Assembly: GCA_029858205.1 (NCBI GenBank)
Contig: JAOUFM010000006.1
Location: forward strand, 6,094-70,093
DNA length: 64,000 nt
Direction of reading: 5' to 3'
From: Deltaproteobacteria bacterium
GTDB taxonomy: Bacteria; Desulfobacterota; GWC2-55-46; DRQE01
A model generated the notes under the pieces. That model worked only from the letters and a program-made list of their open reading frames with translations, did no database searches and had not been told where the DNA came from. Both the position numbers and the translations under genes were made by a program. Every line of letters begins with the position of its first letter. Positions within the stretch are counted from its first letter, which is position 1. Below are positions 39,255 through 46,465 of the stretch, one piece after another.

Positions 39255-39649
39255 CAGGATTTAAGTATGTGCCTGCCGAGCTTCTTGTCCTCTACGCTTA
39301 TATGGTTGGCCAGCCAGTCAAAGATATGCGTTTTCAAGTGCTCCATATCGAAGTTGCCACCACTTTCAAGACGCTTTCTGATATCCGATATTTCTTCTAT
39401 AAAGTGATGGTGCTCCTCGGTGTGCGCAACACTTTCGGCAAAAGAGGTATCGCTCATGGCCTTTTCCTCGTCATGAAAATGCACGACAGCGTAGTCGTCT
39501 AGAAAATCGAGGAACTTGATTGTCGTTGCCATATCCGCATGCGCCTCTACGGCATTCAGAAGCGCCTCGACCTTTTGAATAAGCTCGAGGTGCTGCTTGT
39601 CCTGCCACTGCACGCCTGTTTCCAGGTCCTTGGAGAACTCTATCTTCAT
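39254..39649 (-). CDS. Hemerythrin-like (bacteriohemerythrin) protein
   Basis: H...HFxxEE...H...H spacing (VVHFHDEEKAM...HTEEHHHFIEE...HIFDWLANHI); 131 aa. Confidence 0.7.
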   Translation of the reverse strand: MKIEFSKDLETGVQWQDKQHLELIQKVEALLNAVEAHADMATTIKFLDFLDDYAVVHFHDEEKAMSDTSFAESVAHTEEHHHFIEEISDIRKRLESGGNFDMEHLKTHIFDWLANHISVEDKKLGRHILKS

Positions 39650-39716
39650 GTCTTAAGTGATTAGCCTTTCAAACCGTATAAAAAGAGCCGAAAATTCCAT
39701 ATCCCGAAATGATAAC

Positions 39717-39756
39717 GTCACCGCCCTTGCTATAAAAGGACGGTGACGCCGTTAAA
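39717..39756 (-). terminator. Hairpin terminator just downstream of the extended rhodanese ORF
   Basis: On the minus strand, a GGCGTCACCG...CGGTGACG 8-10-bp stem is followed by a U-rich stretch. It sits after the TAA at 39774-39776 rather than after the internal TGA. Confidence 0.4.
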
Positions 39757-39773
39757 GTGTCCGTACCAGACTG

Positions 39774-40298
39774 TTATTGCTGCGCTGGCTTTGGCTCGAC
39801 AGGGCCGTTTGCCTGCAACCATGCCCCGAACCCTCCGAGAAGGGCCTTTACGTTCTTGTAACCGTGTTCGTTAAGGTAGAGCGCCGCACCGGCGCTCGAG
39901 TGTTCGTCGGGTCACGTGCAGTACGTGACTATCAGCGTCCTTTTGTCAAAGGGCAGCAGAGAAAGCTTGTTGCCAAGCTCCGTGTACACTATCCTAACAT
40001 CGCCCTTTATCTTTATCGTGCTGCCTGCGTACGAAGTAGGCGACCTCAAGTCGATTATCGTTACAGGCACGCCTTGCTTCTGGAGCTTTAACACCTCTTC
40101 GGCGCCGATACGCGCTACCACCGCAAGATCTTCCTTGGCGTAGACCTTGTAGGGCGCTTCCTGAGAAGCAGCGCCGGGGGCTGCCGAACCAGGCTGCACT
40201 ACCAGGTTACCGGGGGTATTATCCCCTGCCCAGGACTCATGCGCCAACACAAGAGCCATGGCCGCGGTCAAAGCAAAAGATATCCATTTTCTCATCAT
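39774..40298 (-). CDS. Periplasmic rhodanese-like sulfurtransferase, probable selenoprotein (in-frame UGA at 39912-39914 read as Sec)
   Basis: Signal peptide (MMRKWISFALTAAMALVLAHESWA), then a rhodanese fold ending ...TLIVTYCT-TGA. The same frame continues PDEHSSAGAALYLNEHGYKNVKALLGGFGAWLQANGPVEPKPAQQ* with no start codon or SD, and this matches the conserved rhodanese C-terminal segment. Total length about 174 aa. Confidence 0.6.
39879..39897 (-). other. Candidate bacterial SECIS hairpin
   Basis: In the mRNA, UGA + 14 nt, then GAGCGCCG-GUG-CGGCGCUC (8-bp GC stem with a loop containing GGU). Spacing and loop composition match those of bacterial SECIS elements. Confidence 0.45.
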
Positions 40299-40507
40299 CC
40301 ACCTCGAGCGGTATTTTATCTGTTCCTTACAGGCCCTTTAACGTCATGCCCGGGACAATCCTTGGCAACCCTCGCTACAGTGAGCCACCCTCGGAACCAT
40401 GAAACGGTTACACATGGCAATCACCTCCTTGGAACATGCGTCACATATATTATTATAACGCAAAAAAAGGCTTTTGGAAAGCCTTTTAGAGGCTAAATGC
40501 GCAGCTA

Positions 40508-41050
40508 TTAACGGGACTCCTTCTCGACACTGAACTCCATGAAGTCGCACCAGAAGCCGTCCTTTAAAAGCGCCTCGTGCTCCCACCTTAGAAGCTTAAG
40601 GTGCCCCTTCTCCATCTCGAGAAGGTTCGTAAGAAACACCTTTTGTTCCGGGGTTTCGGCCTCGTCCCTTAGCATCCTGTCATAGAAGGCAACGGCGTGC
40701 TCCTCGCTCTCTATTGCAACCGCTATCGCGCCTTCGTCAGACGGATTTTTCTTCAACTTCTTTATAAGCTCGTTTTCATCCGGGAATATGGCAAGCGCCT
40801 TCGTTCCCCTTACGACCGCCCCTGCCTCCTTTGCTTCCTTATAGCCTTTCCACGTGCCGGAACCTTTAAGAGAAGCGATGATGCCGGTTATGACGTCTAT
40901 ATGCTCGAGTTCCTCGGAAGCAAGATGGTTAAAAACGTTCTTGCCGTGCTCGTCCTTGGTCATCTCTGCCGCGTGCTTATAGAAACCGTATCCGTTCATC
41001 TCTGTCTTGTAAGCAATGGAAAGCTCATCCGCCAATTTGTTTTTAGACAT
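40508..41050 (-). CDS. Rubrerythrin-like ferritin-fold diiron protein lacking a rubredoxin domain
   Basis: ExxH pairs (ASEELEHIDV, ESEEHAVAFY, EMEKGHLKLL); 180 aa. Confidence 0.75.
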   Translation of the reverse strand: MSKNKLADELSIAYKTEMNGYGFYKHAAEMTKDEHGKNVFNHLASEELEHIDVITGIIASLKGSGTWKGYKEAKEAGAVVRGTKALAIFPDENELIKKLKKNPSDEGAIAVAIESEEHAVAFYDRMLRDEAETPEQKVFLTNLLEMEKGHLKLLRWEHEALLKDGFWCDFMEFSVEKESR

Positions 41051-41097
41051 TACGCAATGTCTCCTTTCGAAATTTGTATTCCGGTAAGCAGCGCGAG

Positions 41098-41268
41098 CTA
41101 CTTTCTGCCGGAATCGGTCTTTCCTGCCTTTTCAACGCCTCTTTTCTGCTCAAAGGCCTCGCCGCGTATCTTTTCCTCGCACGACTGGCATATCACCAGG
41201 TCGGATGGCTTGGCGCAGACCGAACAAACGTGCTTTTTCTTTTTCTCGTCCTTTTTTTCTTCTCCCAT
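41098..41268 (-). CDS. Small zinc-ribbon/rubredoxin-like protein (56 aa), not in the ORF track
   Basis: GGAGGTAG SD, then MGEEKKDEKKKKHVCSVCAKPSDLVICQSCEEKIRGEAFEQKRGVEKAGKTDSGRK* (CxxC...CxxC). It lies directly upstream of the ferritin-like gene on the same strand. Confidence 0.5.
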   Translation of the reverse strand: MGEEKKDEKKKKHVCSVCAKPSDLVICQSCEEKIRGEAFEQKRGVEKAGKTDSGRK

Positions 41269-41358
41269 GACCGTCTACCTCCGCTGTATTTTTTATATCC
41301 TAAAAAAGCGCCGAATACCGTTTCATAACGCCTGACGCCGAAAACTCATGCCCAAATA

Positions 41359-42498
41359 TTATAGCATATCCTGCATGTCATTTCCCGTAAAACCGGAAAG
41401 CCTCTGCTTCTTGTCAAACCCCTTGGCCTGGGCCAGTACCATCATCGTGTCGCTTATGCCGCCCGGCATGACGAGGTTCTTGACACTCTGATTCGTAAGC
41501 ACAGTGTCGGCGCTTACCTGCCCCTTTTCCGGCATCTCCGTTAGTTCATCGAGTATGCCAAGAGATAAAAGAAACTGCCTCTGGGTCGTAAACCCGGCTA
41601 CAGTGAGCCCGGCCGCGCTTCCCGCGTTTTTAAGGGCCGTGAAATCCACGTGCGCGGTTATGTCCTGCTCGCCGATGCGTTCATACGGCATGTTATTTAC
41701 CGTGTGCTTATAATGGCAGTGAAGTGTAGAGCCCCTGCCGGACGCATACAGCTTCGAAGCCGCTGCTCCGTAGTCTATCGTAACAACAAAGCCCTGGTCA
41801 AATGTTTTCGCGGCATTTCCCAGCCAAACAGAACAAAACGGCGACACCTCGAATCCAGAGCCCACAGGCAACCCCTTTGTAACCTCCATAAAACAGCGCC
41901 CGAGTTCCTCAAACGAAGGCTCCAGGATAACATCTCCAAAAGAACCGCTTGCCTTATCGAGCCCGACAAAAATCTCCTTTGGGCCCTCAGGCGTTACCAC
42001 CCCCCTATGAAACGGCAGCGCGTCGAATAGTTCGTTAGAGTAAACGCAGGCATTCATGAAATGCCCTGCTTTCGTAATATCCGAAACCCAAACGGCCTTA
42101 CTTCCGTGCGCCTGGTTTTCAACGTGCAGGGCCGCGTTTCTCTCGACCAAAACGGCGGTAGATGCCTCGTAAAGGGCCCCGTAGCGCTCCTTCATCACAT
42201 CGAGCACGCTAAACGTCAGCAGCCCCCTGCCTGCGCCGCCTTCTATAAGCGCAAAGTCCGAAGGGCTATTACAACGCTGCCAGCACTCGTAAATCTGGCG
42301 GCAAAGCGCGGCTGCGAAGATCCTTACCCCTGAGTCCAGGGAGGTAAAATAATCGCCTTTTTCGCCCCAGGGCGCGCCGGCCCTGTTGCCCAGGCGCATG
42401 TAATACCCGCCTTCTGCGTAAAGCGCGACATCCATAAACTCGGCAAACGGCATGGGGCCGCGCTTACGGATACGCCTCTTTATCTCTTCTACGACCAT
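41359..42498 (-). CDS. Class I SAM-dependent methyltransferase, MidA/NDUFAF7 (DUF185) family
   Basis: Family-typical N-terminus (PFAEFMDVALY...GYY) and a central methyltransferase fold; 379 aa. Confidence 0.7.
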   Translation of the reverse strand: MVVEEIKRRIRKRGPMPFAEFMDVALYAEGGYYMRLGNRAGAPWGEKGDYFTSLDSGVRIFAAALCRQIYECWQRCNSPSDFALIEGGAGRGLLTFSVLDVMKERYGALYEASTAVLVERNAALHVENQAHGSKAVWVSDITKAGHFMNACVYSNELFDALPFHRGVVTPEGPKEIFVGLDKASGSFGDVILEPSFEELGRCFMEVTKGLPVGSGFEVSPFCSVWLGNAAKTFDQGFVVTIDYGAAASKLYASGRGSTLHCHYKHTVNNMPYERIGEQDITAHVDFTALKNAGSAAGLTVAGFTTQRQFLLSLGILDELTEMPEKGQVSADTVLTNQSVKNLVMPGGISDTMMVLAQAKGFDKKQRLSGFTGNDMQDML

Positions 42499-42528
42499 AG
42501 GGCCGCTATCATCGCGCGGTTCACGGCG

Positions 42529-42648
42529 TTACTCGACCTCGACAAACGCCTCTCTGGTCGCAAAGCACTCGGGGCAGAACTCCGGGGGCTCCGGCCCTTC
42601 GTGCACATACCCGCACTCAACGCATCTCCATTTTTTCGCTTCCGCCAT
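42529..42648 (-). CDS. Stand-alone rubrerythrin-type rubredoxin-like domain protein (39 aa), not in the ORF track
   Basis: MAEAKKWRCVECGYVHEGPEPPEFCPECFATREAFVEVE* matches the C-terminal rubredoxin domain of rubrerythrins (WxCxxCGYxxEG..P..CPxC). It starts 2 nt after the bacterioferritin-like stop. Confidence 0.6.
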   Translation of the reverse strand: MAEAKKWRCVECGYVHEGPEPPEFCPECFATREAFVEVE

Positions 42649-42650
42649 AA

Positions 42651-43073
42651 TCAGTCGAGCACCGTCTCCCACTCATCGGCATGCCCTTCCTCGTCCTCGA
42701 GGATTGCCTCGAGCATGCATCTCGTAGTAACATCTCCGTGTTTGACGCAAAGTTCTATGTGCTTTTTATATCTCTCGATTGCCTCGTTCTCGGCCTCGAG
42801 GTCGTCCTTTATCATGTCCTTTAAGCTTCCGCCGCGCTTGGAGGGCGTGGGCTTTTGCACAGGAACGCCTCCGAGGTAGGCTATTCTCTCGGCCAGCATT
42901 TCCGCATGCTTCATTTCGTCTATGGCCGTTTTTTTGAAAATTTCGGCGATTGCCGGGCTCTCCATGCCCGAGCCCTCATAGTGGTGCCCCATGTACTGAA
43001 TAATGGCGCCGAGCTCGAATGCCCTGTCCAGGTTCAGCGCGTCTATAATCTCTTTGTTAACTTTCTTAGCCAT
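42651..43073 (-). CDS. Bacterioferritin-like protein (Bfr family, shortened)
   Basis: ...ELGAIIQY...IDEMKHAEML...AILEDEEGHADEWETVLD closely parallels the Bfr ferroxidase-centre motifs; 140 aa. Confidence 0.8.
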   Translation of the reverse strand: MAKKVNKEIIDALNLDRAFELGAIIQYMGHHYEGSGMESPAIAEIFKKTAIDEMKHAEMLAERIAYLGGVPVQKPTPSKRGGSLKDMIKDDLEAENEAIERYKKHIELCVKHGDVTTRCMLEAILEDEEGHADEWETVLD

Positions 43074-43165
43074 ATTTTTCCTCCTGTGTTTTTATTTTAC
43101 TGCGCAGTATCCAATACAGTATACCTCAAAACAGCGCATTTGCCGCACCGGCCCCGTAATGATAA

Positions 43166-43193
43166 GGCTATAATCTTATAACAGATTATAGCC
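43166..43193. promoter_or_regulatory. AT-rich 9-bp-arm palindrome upstream of the bfr-like operon (candidate PerR/Fur-family operator)
   Basis: GGCTATAAT-cttataacag-ATTATAGCC. The internal TATAATcTTATAA resembles Fur/PerR boxes. Confidence 0.3.
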
Positions 43194-43227
43194 GCTTGCA
43201 AATAAATTAAAAACAGCATAATCTGCC

Positions 43228-43256
43228 TTGACAAGACCAATAAACCACTTTAATAT
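43228..43256 (+). promoter_or_regulatory. Near-consensus sigma70 promoter
   Basis: TTGACA - 17 nt - TAATAT. It is divergent from the bfr-like operon and drives the transcript containing the HAMP-GGDEF gene. Confidence 0.5.
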
Positions 43257-43699
43257 AGAGGATAGGTCTTTTGACTCAGGCAAAACCGTCAAAAAGCGCA
43301 CATCGCAGCCAGACATCCGCTTACTCTGTACATTTTGAACGCGAAGAAGTCTTATACCGGTCCGGAAACAATCGGGCCGTAAGCTTGAATAAGTACAATT
43401 TGCGACAAAGGGCGTCGACATTGTCTAGAACCTCCATGACAGAAGCCATACTTAATAAGGTGTACACCTCAACCGGTTTTCTTAAACGGATATTTCTCGT
43501 GCTCGCAATCCCGGCAGCGAGAAAGATAGTCTGCTATGCCCGTGAGGCGCACCGCGTGCTGCTGCCCTACTTTACCCCTGCTCTAAATGCTCTCGAGCGG
43601 ACGGCCAACAAAGTAAGCATCTGGATATCCAGGCTCATAAGAAAAATACGGATAGCCCTTCGCCCGGTTTCAGAGTACCTAAGGGGACGCTTCCTGAAG

Positions 43700-45070
43700 A
43701 TGAACATGGCGAAGAAGATGCTGCTGGCGTATTTTCCGCTTGCCGTGCTCCTGATACTTATTTCCGTCTTCACGCTCTTTAGCTTCAAACGCATCAACGC
43801 CGTCATGAACTCGATGCTATACGCCGACGTGGCCGTCATAGAAGTTACCAACATGCTTACAGATACGCTCATAGACCAGGAGACCTACGGCCACCGCTAC
43901 CTGATACTTAAAAACCCCGACATGCTAAAGATATACAAGGAGAAGAGCGAAGAGTTCGCCAACACGGTGAGTGTGATGGCCATGATACCGGACTCATCGA
44001 AATTGCCAATCAAAGAACTCAGCACGCTGCACCACGAGTACGACAAGTTTTTCAAGAACATCTTTCACGCGTCTGAAAACGGATTGCCCACGGCAACGTT
44101 TGAGAGAAAAGCCGACTTGAAACGCGACGAGCTTGTTGTGCTGCTAAAGAAACTTACCGCCGACACCTTGAAATCCCAGAACGCGAAGATCCAGGGCATT
44201 GCCGACTTCGGCTCCAACGCCTTTGTTCTCACCGCAGGCATAGGCATACTCGGCCTTATAATAGGCATCGGCGCTGCGCTCTATATAACCAAGAACATCT
44301 CTACGTCCATAGAACAGCTCAAAATCGGCACCAGGAACGTCGCAAACGGCAACTTCCTCGACATTCCCAAGGTCGAGAGCGAGGACGAACTCGGCGACCT
44401 TTCGGTCGCGTTCATGGATATGGCCAACCGGCTAAAGCGGCTCGAAGAGATGTACCTCGACGCAAGTCCGCTTACGAGGCTTCCCGGCGGCATAGCCATC
44501 GAGAACGTGCTCAAAAAACGCGTTGAAGCGAACCTGCCGGTGGCATTTTGCTTCGCCGACATAGACAACTTCAAGGCCTACAACGACAGGCACGGATACG
44601 CAAAAGGAAGCGAACTCATCCTGGCGGTCTCCAAGATAATGAAGGATGTTATACGAGACTTCGGCACAAGCGAGGATTTCCTCGGTCATATAGGCGGCGA
44701 CGACTTCGTTATGATAACCACGCCGGCGCGCCACGACATGCTTTGCACCAAGATAATAGATAAGTTTGACATGGCAATTCCTTTCTTCTATACTGAAGAG
44801 GAAGTGAAACAAGGCTACATAGACGGCAAGTCGCGCCAGGGGCAGAAGATGAAGTTCCCTCTGGCAACGTTATCCATAGCGGTAGTAACCAACAAGCTTC
44901 GCCGCATCACAAACCACATCGAGTACGGCGAGATAGCGGCGGAATTGAAGGAATTCGCAAAGAGCATCCCGAAGAGCGCGTACGTCGTCGACAAGCGCAC
45001 AAACGAAAACATAGGCTACGCGCCGACCGCGCCGCATAACGTCAATTGGCAAAAAGAAAGGACTACATGA
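43700..45070 (+). CDS. Membrane sensor with periplasmic domain, HAMP and a GGDEF domain (motif variant GGDDF)
   Basis: TM1 (LLAYFPLAVLLILISVFTLFSF), a ~170-aa periplasmic region, TM2, HAMP (SEDELGDLSVAFMDMANRL), then ...FADIDNFKAYNDRHGYAKGSELI...HIGGDDFVMI. The start is taken at the ATG 14 nt after AAGGGGA. The ORF-track start at 43271 is a TTG. Confidence 0.75.
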   Translation: MNMAKKMLLAYFPLAVLLILISVFTLFSFKRINAVMNSMLYADVAVIEVTNMLTDTLIDQETYGHRYLILKNPDMLKIYKEKSEEFANTVSVMAMIPDSSKLPIKELSTLHHEYDKFFKNIFHASENGLPTATFERKADLKRDELVVLLKKLTADTLKSQNAKIQGIADFGSNAFVLTAGIGILGLIIGIGAALYITKNISTSIEQLKIGTRNVANGNFLDIPKVESEDELGDLSVAFMDMANRLKRLEEMYLDASPLTRLPGGIAIENVLKKRVEANLPVAFCFADIDNFKAYNDRHGYAKGSELILAVSKIMKDVIRDFGTSEDFLGHIGGDDFVMITTPARHDMLCTKIIDKFDMAIPFFYTEEEVKQGYIDGKSRQGQKMKFPLATLSIAVVTNKLRRITNHIEYGEIAAELKEFAKSIPKSAYVVDKRTNENIGYAPTAPHNVNWQKERTT

Positions 45071-45540
45071 AAAAACGCATCGGATTTACAGGGAAATCAC
45101 TGGTTTGGGCGCTGTTTTTCGCATTCACCTCATACGGATGCGTGCCGCCGCCAGTCCCTCCCCCGCAGCCTGAGGCAAAATGGTTCGACATCGAGACGGT
45201 CAAGCCGGAAGAGCACAATGCCTACATAAGCAAGTTCGAGGAACAGAAAAAGAAAACCACGGATAAAAAAGAGGTGGCGAAGCTGAACTACGCTCTCTAC
45301 GAACTTTATTCGTGCCACATGAACTCGAAGAGGGATTACAAGAAGGCGCTCTCGGCCATGAACGACTATATCGCGTCCAAGAAGCCCGAGAAGCCCTCTT
45401 ATATGGACATGCAGATGAAGGACCTTCTCGAGATTATTATAAAGCTACAAAGCGAAAATAAGGACTTGAAGGCCGCTATAGAGCAGATAGAAAAGCTCGA
45501 TAAGCGGATGCACGACATCAAGAAATCCATTTCACGCTAA
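45067..45540 (+). CDS. Coiled-coil lipoprotein, hypothetical
   Basis: Its ATG overlaps the upstream TGA (ATGA). Signal peptide with Cys (LVWALFFAFTSYGC), PPPVPPPQP, then a coiled-coil C-terminus. Confidence 0.5.
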   Translation: MKKRIGFTGKSLVWALFFAFTSYGCVPPPVPPPQPEAKWFDIETVKPEEHNAYISKFEEQKKKTTDKKEVAKLNYALYELYSCHMNSKRDYKKALSAMNDYIASKKPEKPSYMDMQMKDLLEIIIKLQSENKDLKAAIEQIEKLDKRMHDIKKSISR

Positions 45541-45570
45541 GCAGAGTCATTACAACGATAAAATTGCCAA

Positions 45571-45610
45571 AGCCGCGGCCAGGAGTACAAAGGCCGCGGC
45601 TTTTTAGTTT
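45571..45610 (+). terminator. Rho-independent terminator
   Basis: AGCCGCGGCC-aggagtacaaa-GGCCGCGGCT followed by TTTTTAGTTT. Confidence 0.55.
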
Positions 45611-45666
45611 ATGGCGAAAAACACGCCTGGCACAGCCGCAAGGCTTTGCCAAAGCCTGCTACTCTC

Positions 45667-46314
45667 TTAAAATATTATCGACTGCAGTTCTTCGAAGCCG
45701 TTGATTATTACCTTGCAACCCGCTCCTATAAGCTCATCTTTGCCCCTGAAGCCGTAGGCCGCGCCTATGGCCTCGACATTGGCAGCTCCGGCTGCCTCGA
45801 TATCTATGGCGCTATCGCCTATGTAAACGGCGCTATCTGCCTCTACGGCGCTATGCGTAAGCACGGCCAGTATTGGCTCCGGGTGCGGCTTCTTGTTGGC
45901 AAGAGAATCGCCGCCAAGCACCTTCGAGAAATACCTCTCCAGGCCGTAACTCTTTAGTATCGGCAGCGTCAGGCCCATAGGCTTATTGGTCACTACCGCC
46001 ATGGTCTTGCCGCGCTCCACAAACGCGTCTAGGGTTTCCATGACGCCCGAGTACAAAGCGCTCTCGACATCGAGGCGGCCCCCGTAAAATTCGAGGAACA
46101 CGGCCCTTGCCCGGTCCACATCCCCTGCCTTGGCCCCAGGCATGAGGCGTTCGAGAAGCGGCCTTACGCCCCAGCCTATGTTGGCCTTAACCGTATTTGT
46201 ATCCAGGGGCTCAAGCCCGATTGCCTCGAGCGTCTTGTTCGCAGCCCAGGCGATATCAGGGCTCGAATCGAGAAGCGTGCCGTCAAGGTCGAATATCAGG
46301 AGGTCTTTTTTCAT
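45667..46314 (-). CDS. HAD-superfamily phosphatase (phosphoglycolate phosphatase-like)
   Basis: HAD motif I (LLIFDLDGTLLDS), with further motifs downstream. The start is placed at MKKDLL, not at the upstream extension. Confidence 0.75.
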   Translation of the reverse strand: MKKDLLIFDLDGTLLDSSPDIAWAANKTLEAIGLEPLDTNTVKANIGWGVRPLLERLMPGAKAGDVDRARAVFLEFYGGRLDVESALYSGVMETLDAFVERGKTMAVVTNKPMGLTLPILKSYGLERYFSKVLGGDSLANKKPHPEPILAVLTHSAVEADSAVYIGDSAIDIEAAGAANVEAIGAAYGFRGKDELIGAGCKVIINGFEELQSIIF

Positions 46315-46465
46315 ATTACGCCGTAAGTAAACCGGTTTATTATAACATACTTTCGCCGTGACAAACAACAACGCACCGGCGGCATTTCGCAGTCCTTGCC
46401 AATAAAAGCGTTTTTTGTTATCCTATAACATTAAATAGCCTTACCCCGGAGAAAAGCACTTAAAG

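Noticed and set aside
39912-39914. Treating the rhodanese TGA as a true stop or pseudogene
   Set aside because: I did not adopt this as the primary call. The downstream frame stays open for exactly the remaining conserved rhodanese segment. It has no independent start. A SECIS-like hairpin sits at canonical spacing. The terminator follows the distal TAA. A pseudogene or sequencing error remains the alternative, as stated in the finding.
43271-43699. N-terminal extension of the HAMP-GGDEF gene starting at 43271
   Set aside because: The first codon is TTG and lies only about 8 nt from the predicted transcription start, with no SD. A good SD (AAGGGGA) plus ATG exists at 43700, just before the first TM helix. 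The extension may still be a leader, which I listed as a finding.
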